Part shown: one piece after another, positions 32,301 to 41,136 of the stretch
Layout of the letters: every line of letters starts with the position of its first letter
How positions within the stretch are numbered: position 1 is the first letter of the stretch
Origin: Planctomycetota bacterium
GTDB lineage: Bacteria; Planctomycetota; PLA2; JAEUHO01
Reading direction: 5' to 3'
DNA length: 64,000 bases
Assembly (NCBI GenBank): GCA_029259775.1
Contig: JAJDEN010000014.1
Coordinates: forward strand, 35,613-99,612
Translations under genes and position numbers: made by a program
Notes under the pieces: generated by a model
What the model was told of the DNA's origin: nothing
The model's input: the letters and a program-made list of their open reading frames with translations, nothing else
The model's database searches: none

Positions 32301-32544
32301 GTTTGCCGGGGCGCCCCGCGTGATCTGTTCCCTCTGGAAGGTGGACGACGCAGCCACCCAGGCCTTGATGGTCAGGTTCTACGAACTGTGGAACCCAAAG
32401 GACGGCACGCAGGGCATGGGCGTTGCCGTCGCGCTCAAGAAGGCGCAAGAGTACGTGCGCGACTTCAGGGACGAGAGTGGCAAGCGGAAGTGGAAGCATC
32501 CGTACTACTGGGCAGCGTGGGTCCTGTGGGGCCTCGCGGACTAA
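29359..32544 (+). CDS. TPR-repeat CHAT-domain (caspase-like) protein with signal peptide
   Basis: TPRs (ARALNNLGLAY, TVLGNIAIVY); ISPEGPLCYLPF; VHLACHG; VLSACETG; SLWKVDD; HPYYWAAW. Confidence 0.92.
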   Translation: MRTPFMALLCLLLPLSPAAAEDGKARKKPPEPLTAEQAADAVLAAIKAKNDDALRALAGSDQPDPWLVADELCGRGQVVAARALAAAGAHVDTKKLPAYVAAAKERPADRAAFRVVRKAIRARDTKKILEGTEAQAVKLDSVLRIRLLHVRSLALVAARRTREGEDAMRSAADAAQALGWLRRAAALYHRAGHAATRRFAWQQAVADWETCRALGDQRGDVLGTARALNNLGLAYRERGDHEKALARFQRALASARALDKKKLAATVLGNIAIVYETLGDHTQALATYEEAYKQKIALGEKGSATVTLGNIGAIHDTLGNLRKALSIQQRVFEQRTALGDHVGAAESLGDIGSARHGLGQYAKALSAYERAVARQLELRDLPGAARTLGNLAGLYQALGRYGKALETGERAHAMQEKMGDRAAAAVTRGNIGLMRASRGEDAKAIVDYRAAHATLLELARPREALTVAANLANAQHRLGQHDRARESLGAVLKAQDAGGERVNAAYTRLTLAYVHRAQGRTKEALRLTERVVRVGRSTRDTALFVAGLRNLVGLLVETGETARALSEAERALDALEGLLGGLGEETGAAARERHASLYALGALAAIREKDAAAAVTFLESGRAGALLDALGRREALRWKAESLSSELREAEVRARSAEVVARRAYDRAVRLRRLAAARDALVVLDKALAESSSVASRIERELKDRAGLYYTRAETIETIQRGLRADQALVLYGLCQGEAFAMVLRRDGERVVALGRRSKVVAACRALEASDAAADATAPLAALRALIVTPLKLDASVKQVFISPEGPLCYLPFGALIDRAVALTPSGSTHVVLLGAQSERGTGILALGDPDYAGASKGAQAVYHRGRSLASLPGSRVEAKTVGSTVLLGKDASESGLRKTLATAARWRSVHLACHGLVDVERPMLSSLALSKDAAEDGFVTMREILGMRIPADLAVLSACETGRGRNRRGEGIVGLARAFMFAGAPRVICSLWKVDDAATQALMVRFYELWNPKDGTQGMGVAVALKKAQEYVRDFRDESGKRKWKHPYYWAAWVLWGLAD

Positions 32545-32601
32545 TGCCCCGACGGGTGTTCCGGGCCCGTGTTCAGTGATGGGCTGCGGGCAGCACGAGG
32601 T

Positions 32602-32643
32602 TGGTATTCCCGGCAGGGCTTGAACCTGCGACCTCCGGTTTAG
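32602..32643 (-). repeat. duplicated 3' half of tRNA-Arg (att-like)
   Basis: 42 nt matching the tRNA 3' end (32767-32808) with one mismatch, including CCA. Confidence 0.85.
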
Positions 32644-32766
32644 ACCGTGAGAGGTCTGGAGGGGTAGGGACTAGCCCTCCAGTGGAGTGGCGGAGGGCGC
32701 CGGAGGCGCCGCGCCACGACATCCAGGCCGCGCGGGAGCGCGGAACGCCAGCCACCTGCGCGAGAG

Positions 32767-32843
32767 TGGTATCCCCGGCAGGGCTTGAACCTGCGACCTC
32801 CGGTTTAGGAAACCGGCGCTCTATCCAGCTGAGCTACGGGGAC
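32767..32843 (-). tRNA. tRNA-Arg (anticodon CCT)
   Basis: GTCCCCGTAGCTCAGCTGGATAGAGCGCCGGTTTCCTAAACCGGAGGTCGCAGGTTCAAGCCCTGCCGGGGATACCA; full cloverleaf with encoded CCA. Confidence 0.97.
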
Positions 32844-32923
32844 ATGTCAACCGGCCGCGAGTCTAGTCCCCCTCGCTCCAGCTGAGCTACGGGGACGTGT
32901 CGACTGGCCGCGAGTCTAGTCCC
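32824..32923. repeat. 47-bp tandem duplication of tRNA 5' end plus upstream promoter region
   Basis: 32824-32870 vs 32877-32923, three mismatches; contains a TAGACT -10-like box on the minus strand. Confidence 0.85.
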
Positions 32924-32949
32924 AGGCGCGGTCGTAGCCACCGGTTGCT

Positions 32950-33127
32950 GTAGGGGCGCCCCGAGCCGCGCCGAAGGCGCGGCGGGTGGTCGCCCAGCCA
33001 GGTGCGTGGGTGCCCACGCGGCCCTTGGGGCCTTGGGACACCGCTACCACAACAGGGTGTTCCGCCGCAGATGGTGGTCGTGGGCAGCCACCCGCGCCTG
33101 CTGCGCAGTCGCTCGGGTTGCCCCTAC
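32950..33127. repeat. REPIN-like element with GTAGGGGC...GCCCCTAC ends
   Basis: Terminal inverted GTAG arms with internal hairpins; similar to 51543-51648. Confidence 0.65.
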
Positions 33128-33600
33128 GGGGACCTCGTCGGCTTGTACCGCACGACGAAGCGCTCGAGGACGAGCGGCATGTCGGGGTCGAATGCGCGAC
33201 CGATCGTCGGGAGGAAGCGCGTGAAGAAGTTCTCGTGCTCCTCGCGCCAGGAGGCCAGCGTGCGGTCGCCCTCCCCTTCGTCGTACGCATGGGCCTCGTC
33301 GACGGCCGAGAACGAGCGATGCTCCACATGGGTCGTCTCGACCACGCACGCCGGCGCACCCGCGCCATCGAGCACGATCGAGAGCTGACCCGGAACGGGA
33401 AACGCTTCGTTCAGCGACTCGTACTCCCAGCGCGCCCCCGCACTCGCCGTCTTGATGCCCGCGAGAACCGGCGCCAGCAACTCGTCCGCCATCTTCGGTG
33501 AGTCGCCGAAGGCCCACGCCTCCGGCGCCCGCGTCGTGGGCGGCAGGCCCAACGCCTCCACGGCCACACTCCAGAACACGGCGACGGCTTGGCTGGTCAT
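33124..33600 (-). CDS. ASCH domain protein
   Basis: AWAFGDSPKMADELL..VLAGIKTAS, HAYDEGEGDRTLASWREEH. Confidence 0.92.
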   Translation of the reverse strand: MTSQAVAVFWSVAVEALGLPPTTRAPEAWAFGDSPKMADELLAPVLAGIKTASAGARWEYESLNEAFPVPGQLSIVLDGAGAPACVVETTHVEHRSFSAVDEAHAYDEGEGDRTLASWREEHENFFTRFLPTIGRAFDPDMPLVLERFVVRYKPTRSP

Positions 33601-33678
33601 GGCTTCTCCCTACGCGTCTCCGTCAGTCTAGCGTTCGGCCCGGCGGAGCGGAGCCCTCCGACGGGTATGCTCATCGTC

Positions 33679-34650
33679 ATGACCGCCGACATGCCCCCGC
33701 GCGTGATGCTCGCGAATCTGCCCACCCCCTTGCAGCGTCTGCCGCGCATCTCCGCTGAATTCGGCGCCGAGATCTGGGTCAAGCGCGACGACCTCACCGG
33801 TGCCGCGCTCTCCGGCAACAAGGTGCGCAAGCTCGAGTTCTTGCTCGGGGAGGCAGAGCACGAAGGCGCCGACACGCTGATCACCTGCGGCGCCGTCACG
33901 TCGAACCATTGCCGCGCTACGGCGGTCGCGGCCGCGCAGCGCGGGCTTGCTTGCCACCTGGTGCTGCGTGGCGACGAACCCCCGGTGCCTGACGGCAACC
34001 TGCTGCTTGACCGCATGGTCGGCGCGAGCACGAGCTTCATCACGCACGAGCAGTGGGCGGAGCGCGACACGCTGATGGCGGCCCAAGCGGAGAGCCTCCG
34101 CGCTGTGGGGCGCAGGCCGTACGTGATTCCCGAGGGCGGCAGCAACGCCATCGGTGCCTGGGGCTACGTGCAGGGGGCGGCCGAGCTTCGGGCCCAGGCG
34201 GAGGATGCCGGGCTCGACATCGCGCGCGTCGTGCACGCCACGGGCAGCGGCGGCACCACGGCTGGCCTCGCGCTGGGCTTCGCGGGCACGGCCACCGAAG
34301 TCATCGGCGTCGCCGTGTGCGACGACCGCGCGTACTTCGATGGCGTCGTCGGCGGTATCGTCGATGCCGTCGGTTCCGATGCGCCCGGACCCGCGTGGAC
34401 GATCCTCGAAGGCTACAAGGGCCTGGGCTACGCCGAGGCCACGCCCGCGGAACTCGCCTTCTACGGGCATGTGGCACGGACCGAGGGGCTCCTGCTCGAC
34501 CCCGTCTACACCGGCAAGGGCTTCCGGGCGCTCTACGAGGAGACGAAGGCAGGACGCATGCAGGGCGACGGCGCGACGGTGTTCCTGCACACCGGCGGGA
34601 TCTTCGGTCTCTTCAGCTTCGCCGACCAGCTGGCGTCTGCGCTGCCCTAG
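33679..34650 (+). CDS. D-cysteine desulfhydrase / ACC deaminase family PLP enzyme
   Basis: [46 protein letters not shown]. Confidence 0.92.
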   Translation: MTADMPPRVMLANLPTPLQRLPRISAEFGAEIWVKRDDLTGAALSGNKVRKLEFLLGEAEHEGADTLITCGAVTSNHCRATAVAAAQRGLACHLVLRGDEPPVPDGNLLLDRMVGASTSFITHEQWAERDTLMAAQAESLRAVGRRPYVIPEGGSNAIGAWGYVQGAAELRAQAEDAGLDIARVVHATGSGGTTAGLALGFAGTATEVIGVAVCDDRAYFDGVVGGIVDAVGSDAPGPAWTILEGYKGLGYAEATPAELAFYGHVARTEGLLLDPVYTGKGFRALYEETKAGRMQGDGATVFLHTGGIFGLFSFADQLASALP

Positions 34651-35753
34651 CTCCCGTCGCGGCCGAGGTAGCGCGCGACCAGGATCGAGACGTCGTCATC
34701 GAACCCGGAGCTGCCTTGGTACTGGGCGAGGTCTTGCAGGACCTCGCCAATGAGCAGCGGGGGGGGGAGTTCGCCCAGGCCCGCGATGCGATCGCGCAGC
34801 CCATCTTCGCCGAGCACGTCGCCCTCGCCGTCCTTGAGCAACTCGAAGAGCCCGTCGCTGAACAGGACGACGGAGTCGCCCGGCTGCAGCATGACGCGCT
34901 TGGAGGGCAGGTCGCGCGCCAGGATGTCGTCGTCCATCCCGAGCAGGCGGTTGCGCGTGCGAAGTTCTTCGATGCTGCCGTTCTTGCGCAGCAGGAGCTG
35001 GGCCGGGTGGCCCGCCGTCGCGTACTCGAGCTCGCCGTTCTCGAGGTCGATGCGTGCGACGACCGCCGTGAGGAAGAAGTACGTGTGTTGGAGAAGCTCC
35101 CCAGCCGCCGTGTTGAGGCGCTGCAGCATCTGTACCGGGCTCTGCTTCGTGAGCGTGAGCCGGCGCACCATGCCGTGCAGACGTGCGACGACCATCGCAG
35201 CCGAGATGCCGTGTCCCGAAACGTCGAGCAGGACCAGGTAGAGCCACTTGCCGGCGACGACCTGGCAGTGCACGTAGTCGCCGCCGATGTAGCGCGTCGG
35301 GATGCAGCGCGCGACGGCCTCGCAGTCGGGGCGTGAGATGCTCTCGGGCAGCAGCGTGGCCTGGATTGCCTGCGCGAGCTTGAGCTCGGAGACGACCTCC
35401 TTCTGCTCGACTTCGAGCGCTTGCCGCTTGACGACCTCTTCGCCCAGCGTCTCGTGCGCTACGGAGACCTCGCCTTCCAGGCGCAGGCTCTCTTCGTGCG
35501 CCTCGATGCCGACACGACCCGTGGCGCCGATGATGAGCGCCCAGAAGAACGGTGCGGGCAGTGTCGCCAGCTTGAGCCACCCAGGTGCTCCCGCGAAGAA
35601 GGTCAGCATCGGAATCGGGACGGCCAACACGAATCCGATCCACAGCGACGGGTTCTTGCGGAGGTCGTAGGTCTCCTCGTCACGCAGCGCGGACCAGAAC
35701 GCTTGCAGGAAGCGCATCTTGCTGGCAGTGGACGGGGGCGGCTTGGCGGACAT
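34647..35753 (-). CDS. membrane-anchored PP2C/SpoIIE phosphatase
   Basis: AQAIQATLLP, IGGDY, LDVSGHGISAA, AGHP, FSDGL, DDVSIL. Confidence 0.92.
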   Translation of the reverse strand: MSAKPPPSTASKMRFLQAFWSALRDEETYDLRKNPSLWIGFVLAVPIPMLTFFAGAPGWLKLATLPAPFFWALIIGATGRVGIEAHEESLRLEGEVSVAHETLGEEVVKRQALEVEQKEVVSELKLAQAIQATLLPESISRPDCEAVARCIPTRYIGGDYVHCQVVAGKWLYLVLLDVSGHGISAAMVVARLHGMVRRLTLTKQSPVQMLQRLNTAAGELLQHTYFFLTAVVARIDLENGELEYATAGHPAQLLLRKNGSIEELRTRNRLLGMDDDILARDLPSKRVMLQPGDSVVLFSDGLFELLKDGEGDVLGEDGLRDRIAGLGELPPPLLIGEVLQDLAQYQGSSGFDDDVSILVARYLGRDGS

Positions 35754-35924
35754 GGTCGTTCCGGTGGCTCGGGGGCTGGCGCCGAGGCCGGGGGCGCAAC
35801 TCGGACGGGCCGAGCTTGTATCAAGATGGGCGGGTCGTGCTGCGTCCATCCCGAGCGCGAGGCCTATACTCCTCGTACCCAAGCTCACCGGCACAGTAGC
35901 CCGATCCCGGAGAACCTCCCACCG

Positions 35925-36305
35925 ATGAGTCCCCGCAAGACGATTCTCGCCCTGCTCCTGGCGCTGCCGTTCGCAGCCGCCGTCTTCTTCGACGCCCCCG
36001 AGGCGCGCGGCGACGCCGCCGCCGACAAGGCGCTCGCTGCCGTCGTCAAGAAGGGCGCCGCCCTCTGGAAGAAGACCTGGCGCCGGGGGGCCAAGGCCTG
36101 CTTCAGCTGCCATACGCGCGGCCCGAACAAGATGACCGGCCGGCGCATGGACGCGTACCCCAAGTACGACAAGACCCTGAAGCAGGTCGTGACGGTCCAG
36201 CAGAAGCTCAACCAGATGATCAAGAGCAAGAGCGGCGGCAAGCCCCTGGACCTCGGCCACGCGGACCTCACCGCCCTCGAGGCCTACATGAAGACGCTCA
36301 AGTAA
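35925..36305 (+). CDS. small monoheme c-type cytochrome (SoxA-like fold)
   Basis: Signal peptide; CFSCH; YPKY...VVTVQQKLNQM...LTALEAYM. Confidence 0.85.
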   Translation: MSPRKTILALLLALPFAAAVFFDAPEARGDAAADKALAAVVKKGAALWKKTWRRGAKACFSCHTRGPNKMTGRRMDAYPKYDKTLKQVVTVQQKLNQMIKSKSGGKPLDLGHADLTALEAYMKTLK

Positions 36306-36346
36306 CCCTGCCACCCGGCATCCCGCCGCGACCGCATCCGGGCCAG

Positions 36347-36373
36347 GTGTCCGTGTCCGTGTCCGTGTCCGTG
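36347..36373. repeat. (GTGTCC)4 hexamer tract
   Basis: Read directly from sequence; related tracts at 11046, 42261 and 58519. Confidence 0.8.
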
Positions 36374-36505
36374 AGACGTGGTGCGAGGTAGTGCAGGTGT
36401 TGCCAGTGTGAGTGAGCCTGCGCTAGGGGGCGTGGGAGGTGGGGTGGGAGTGGGAGTGTCCAGAGCGGCCCGGTACGATCCTCCGGCCCCTACGGAAGGA
36501 TCCCC

Positions 36506-38242
36506 GTGTTCAAGGAAGCCGCCCTCGCTGCCCTGCGCCAAGCCCTGGGCGAAGACGCCGACGCCGTCGGCGACCTCGCCGCCCAGCTGACGCCCCCGCC
36601 CAAGATCGAGATGGGGGACCTCGCGTTCCCCTGCTTCCCCCTGGCCAAGATCCGACGAGCGGCTCCCCCGAAGATCGCCGCCGAGCTCGCTGCAGCCATC
36701 GCGGAAGCAGGCACCGCCGGCGGACCCATCGCCGAGGTCAAGGCGCTCGGCCCGTACGTGAACTTCTTCGCGGACCCCGCGGCGATGCTCGACGGCTTGC
36801 ACATGAGCCTCGCGGACGGCAGCTTCTTCGAAGGCTGCAAGAGCGACACGTCCACGCGCGTCATGATCGAGTTCAGCCAGCCCAACACGCACAAGGTCTT
36901 CCACGTCGGCCATCTGCGCAACGTGGCCGTCGGCGACGCCCTCGTGCGCGTCTTCCGTGCACGGGGCCACGACGTGGTCGCAGCCAACTACTACGGCGAC
37001 TTCGGCATCGACGTCGCCAAGTGCCTCTGGTGGCTGAACAGCCACGCCCAGGAAGAACCGCCGACCGACGGCCGCACCGCCTGGCTCGGCAAGGCCTACA
37101 CGGCCGCGACCCTGCACGTCGCCGCCGCCGAGGCCGCCGGCAAGGAACAAGGCGACGCCATCAAGGCCGAGATCCGCGCCGTGCTCACGGCGATGGAGGA
37201 GGGCGAGCCCGAGATCACCGCGCTGTACCAGAAGACCCGCCAGTGGTGCCTGGATGAGTTCGCCGGCATCTACGACTGGCTCGACGTGCGCTTCGATCAC
37301 GAGTTCTTCGAGTCCCAGCTCGAAGAAGCCGGCAACAAGGTCGTCGATGATTACGTCGCCAAGGGCGTCTTCGTCGAGAGCCAGGGCGCCATCATCAGCG
37401 ATCTCGAAGAGGACGGCTGCGGTGTCGCGCTCGTGCGCAAGAGCGACGGCTCGAGCCTCTACATGACGTGGGATCTCGCGCTGGCTCGCGCGAAGTTCGA
37501 CGAGTTCGATGTGCAGACGTCGATGTACGTCGTGGGCTCCGAGCAGACCCTGCACTTCAAGCAGCTCTTCGCCACACTCGGGAAGATGGGCTACGCGCGT
37601 GCCAAGGACTGCCGCCACGTCTCCTACGAACTCGTCATGCTGCCGGAAGGCAAGATGTCGAGCCGCAAGGGCACGGCCATCCCGTTCCACCTGCTGCGCA
37701 CCCACGTGCTCGACGCGATCCGCGCGAAGATGGCCGCGGCCGGCAGTGAGGTGGACGACGAGGCCGCGAGCAAGATCGCGATCGCGTGCCTGAAGTACGG
37801 CATGCTGCACGTCGGCAACACGCGCAGTGTCATCTTCGACATCGATGAGTGGACGAACCCGGAGGGTGATACCGGCGCGTACCTGCTCTACTCGCTGGCG
37901 CGCATCGCGGGCATCCAGCGCAAGGCCGGGGACGGCGTGGACGTCGCGTCCCCCGTACCCGCGGACAGCGGCTTCGGCGGCGAGGCCGAGCGAGCATTGC
38001 TGACGCACCTCACGGCGTACCCGTCGGTCCTCGCGCGCGTCGAGCGCACCTGCGATCCGTCGGGCCTGGCGGGCTACGTCTTCGAGGGCGCCAAGCGCTT
38101 TTCGCGCTTCTACCAGGAGTGCCCGGTCGTGAAGGCCGAGCCCGCGCTCAAGCACGCGCGCTTGAAGCTGGCCGCCAGCGCGCAGCGGATCTTCACGGAG
38201 GCGCTGGGCCTGCTCGGGATCGACGCCGTCGAGGTGATGTAG
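36506..38242 (+). CDS. argS: arginine--tRNA ligase
   Basis: EFSQPNTHKVFHVGHLRN, NYYGDFG, KSDGSSLY, KMSSRKG, GDTGAYLLY. Confidence 0.96.
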   Translation: MFKEAALAALRQALGEDADAVGDLAAQLTPPPKIEMGDLAFPCFPLAKIRRAAPPKIAAELAAAIAEAGTAGGPIAEVKALGPYVNFFADPAAMLDGLHMSLADGSFFEGCKSDTSTRVMIEFSQPNTHKVFHVGHLRNVAVGDALVRVFRARGHDVVAANYYGDFGIDVAKCLWWLNSHAQEEPPTDGRTAWLGKAYTAATLHVAAAEAAGKEQGDAIKAEIRAVLTAMEEGEPEITALYQKTRQWCLDEFAGIYDWLDVRFDHEFFESQLEEAGNKVVDDYVAKGVFVESQGAIISDLEEDGCGVALVRKSDGSSLYMTWDLALARAKFDEFDVQTSMYVVGSEQTLHFKQLFATLGKMGYARAKDCRHVSYELVMLPEGKMSSRKGTAIPFHLLRTHVLDAIRAKMAAAGSEVDDEAASKIAIACLKYGMLHVGNTRSVIFDIDEWTNPEGDTGAYLLYSLARIAGIQRKAGDGVDVASPVPADSGFGGEAERALLTHLTAYPSVLARVERTCDPSGLAGYVFEGAKRFSRFYQECPVVKAEPALKHARLKLAASAQRIFTEALGLLGIDAVEVM

Positions 38243-38246
38243 GGCC

Positions 38247-38423
38247 AGGGTCTGTCTGGAATCGCTGCGTGGCGAGCCGGACGAGACCGAAGCGAGCTGG
38301 AGCCAATGCGAGGATTGTGGCTCAAGGCGTGCTCTCGGCACGTTGAGGGCCGCAATCCGAGTTCGGGCCCAGCGCAGCGAGTGGATCGTTCGGCGCAGCA
38401 GCAGCGACGTTCAGGCAGACCCT
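38247..38423. mobile_element. MITE-like palindromic element
   Basis: Imperfect TIRs AGGGTCTGTCTGGAATCGCTGC / GCAGCGACGTTCAGGCAGACCCT; nested internal hairpin; no credible coding ORF. Confidence 0.7.
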
Positions 38424-41034
38424 AGCGCTTCTTCGTCAGCTTGATCTCGATGCGCGGCGGCTTGTCGCTCGAGCCGGCGCGGACTTCCTTGCGCACGACG
38501 AACTTGTAGCCGGGCGCGCCGGCGCGCACCTCCAGGGCCGTGTTCAGCGGCAACGCCCGCAGGTGCACCACGCCGTCCTTGTTGTTGGCGTGCTCCCCGC
38601 TCCCCACCTTGAGGCGGATGCCCTCGAAGCGGTCTTCGCCGTGCGTGCGGTCGACCGGGCGCGCGGTGGCGAGCGAGCCTCCAACGGGCTTGCCGCTCTC
38701 CGCGTCGAGGACCACTACCTCGAGGACGCCCGTTGGGAAGTCCAGGTTGTAGGTCAGCGCATCGCCTGCCTTGATGGCCAGCGGCTCGCGCGTGCGCCCG
38801 CCGAAGTCATCCGAGACGCGAAGGTCACCCAGGAGGAACCGGAACTCGTAGGTGCCCGGCGTGAGACCGGCCAGGCGGAAGCGCCCCTCCGCGTTCGTCT
38901 CCCCCGTGGCGGCCTTGGTCCTGTCCTTGGTCTGGGCGGCCACGAGGAACACGCCAGCGAGAGGCCGACCCGCCATCGTGAAGCGGCCGGAGATCGACGC
39001 CACCTCCGACGGCAACCGCGCCTCACCGAAGTCGTGGTACGCCCCCATGCCGGGCTCGATCCTCACGGAGGCCATGCCGAGCGAGGCGGCCTCCAGGTCC
39101 TCGACGAACATCACCCGGCAGGTGCGACTCCGCGCCACGCTGATGCCGTCGAGCCGGTAGTGGCCGTCGACGCCAACCTGCGTGCGGATCACGCGCCCCT
39201 TCGTGCCGGCGATCACGGTGCGGCCGACGGCGGGTTCGCCGGTGCGCAGGTAGGCGCGGCCCTCGAGGAACCCGGTGCGCCACACGTGGACCTCCGCGAC
39301 GTCGCGCGGCTTCGTCGTGGCGAACACGGCCGAGTCGACGGCGGTCGCGCGGCCCGGCGCGGTGATCCACCACGTGGGCGGGCGCTGGTATGGACGGTCA
39401 CGCTTGTCGAACGTTGGTAGCGCGACTTCGCCCCGTTCATCCGTCGTGCGCGGCGTGCCGCCGAAGAAGGCCGCGTCGTCGCCGATCTCGAAGTAGGGCG
39501 TGACGATGGCTCCGGGGATGGGGGCGCCCGTGTCCTTCGCCACAGCGCGAATGCGCACCGAGCCCGGATCGGTCGGGATCCGCATCGTGACCTTGATCGG
39601 CTCACCGACGCGCGCCGTGAAGCTGTCCGAGAGATCCGGCGCGGCGCCCGGCCGCTCGAGAAGCAGGCGCCAGGTGCCCGTCGACGGCGTGAGCCCGACC
39701 ACGGCGCGGCCGTCCTTGAACAGCAGCTTCGTGCGCAAGGCGAGCCCGCGCGAGAGGCCGAGCATGTTCTCGAGCATGCGTGCGCGTTCCCTCGCGGCCA
39801 GGGCATCCGCGGACACGATCTGCACGACCGGCGTGACCCCCGCGGCTTCGTAGCGCTTCTTCACCTCGGCCGTGGTCAGGCGGCGACCCTGCTCGTCCTC
39901 GAACGCCAGCAGCACGTCGACCCGCTTGGGCATCCGGATGACCGTCTCGCCCGGCATCGGCGTGTAGGCCCGCCGAACCATCGCCGAGCTCGTGACGTCG
40001 AGGACCCAGAGCGTGCTCGGCACGCCGTGCCACGTCGCCGGCCAGATGACGCGGCCGACCTCGTCGACCTCGTAGTCCAGCAGGACGCCCTTCGGGGTCG
40101 CCAGCCGGACGATCGCGCCTTGGACGGCGCGCTCTCGCCCTTCCACCATCCGTACGACCCGCACGGCGGCTTCGCCGGCGGCCAGCGCGGGGGGCTTGGG
40201 CTCGCCTTCAGCCGTCGCGGTCTCATCCGCCGCGGGCTGCGCCTGGCCACGCGTCTTCAGCTTGGCAGCGTCCGCCTCGTTCTTCGCGGTCTCGACCGCG
40301 GGCGGCGGATCGTCCGGCGCGCCGTCGGGAACTGTGTCGCGCAGCGCCAGCCACAGGCCGCCGCCGAGGAGGAGCAGCGCGAGCGCTGCGAACGTGAACT
40401 TCGACTTGGCGGCCATCAGCAGGGCTCCCGTTCCGAGGGCGCCGCCCGTTCCCGTCGCGCCCTGGACGGTCGAGCCGGCCAAGCCGCCGCCGGGACCCGC
40501 CGCAAGCGGCAGGAGGGCGAGGCGCCAGGTGTGGCCGTCGCCGCCGTGCTCACGATCGAGGCGAGCCCGGACGTGCTCCAGGCCGCGTCGTACGCGCGAT
40601 CTCACGGTTTCGACGGAGACACCCATGCGCGCCGCGATCTCCCGCGGCGGCAGGCCCTCGAAGTGACGGTGCAGCACCGACTCCCGGTAGGGGGGCTCGA
40701 GTTCGAGCACCGCCTGGACGACGCGCTTGTGCAGCTCGGCCTCGGCGACGACGTCGCCGGTGGCCGGCAGCGCCTCGGGGCGTGCCGCCCCGTGCTCGCG
40801 CTTGGCCACGCGGCCCTCGCCGCGGCGCATGCGCGCTGCGAGGTTGCGCATGACCTGGCCGAGCCACGCCTTGGGCGTGTCGCCGTGCGGCGGACGCTTC
40901 AGCGCGGCCATCCAGGTCTGCTGCTCGAGATCGTCGGCCCGTGCCTCGTCCCGCACCAGCGTGCGCGCAAGGCGGCGCACCCAGGCCCGGTGTTGCAGGA
41001 GGCGATGGATGGGAATGTCGATGGGTTCACGCAT
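38422..41034 (-). CDS. ECF sigma-70 factor with TM helix and carboxypeptidase-regulatory-like (beta-sandwich) extension
   Basis: ADDLEQQTW, WLGQVMRNLA, LEPPYRESV...FEGLPPREIA...TVRSRVRRGL; TM; TNAEGRFRLAGLTPGTY. Confidence 0.92.
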   Translation of the reverse strand: MREPIDIPIHRLLQHRAWVRRLARTLVRDEARADDLEQQTWMAALKRPPHGDTPKAWLGQVMRNLAARMRRGEGRVAKREHGAARPEALPATGDVVAEAELHKRVVQAVLELEPPYRESVLHRHFEGLPPREIAARMGVSVETVRSRVRRGLEHVRARLDREHGGDGHTWRLALLPLAAGPGGGLAGSTVQGATGTGGALGTGALLMAAKSKFTFAALALLLLGGGLWLALRDTVPDGAPDDPPPAVETAKNEADAAKLKTRGQAQPAADETATAEGEPKPPALAAGEAAVRVVRMVEGRERAVQGAIVRLATPKGVLLDYEVDEVGRVIWPATWHGVPSTLWVLDVTSSAMVRRAYTPMPGETVIRMPKRVDVLLAFEDEQGRRLTTAEVKKRYEAAGVTPVVQIVSADALAARERARMLENMLGLSRGLALRTKLLFKDGRAVVGLTPSTGTWRLLLERPGAAPDLSDSFTARVGEPIKVTMRIPTDPGSVRIRAVAKDTGAPIPGAIVTPYFEIGDDAAFFGGTPRTTDERGEVALPTFDKRDRPYQRPPTWWITAPGRATAVDSAVFATTKPRDVAEVHVWRTGFLEGRAYLRTGEPAVGRTVIAGTKGRVIRTQVGVDGHYRLDGISVARSRTCRVMFVEDLEAASLGMASVRIEPGMGAYHDFGEARLPSEVASISGRFTMAGRPLAGVFLVAAQTKDRTKAATGETNAEGRFRLAGLTPGTYEFRFLLGDLRVSDDFGGRTREPLAIKAGDALTYNLDFPTGVLEVVVLDAESGKPVGGSLATARPVDRTHGEDRFEGIRLKVGSGEHANNKDGVVHLRALPLNTALEVRAGAPGYKFVVRKEVRAGSSDKPPRIEIKLTKKR

Positions 41035-41136
41035 GGGTCTCTGCAGTTGGATTCCCGCCGAGACGGAAAGCGGTGCAGAGATTCCGGAAATGGCGAACGC
41101 GGGTGTCGGCCTCGGGCCTACCGTCCTGCCGCGTTC

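Noticed and set aside
32602-32643. Second tRNA gene or intron-split tRNA
   Set aside because: It lacks the D-arm and the 5' acceptor strand, and the intact tRNA lies adjacent.
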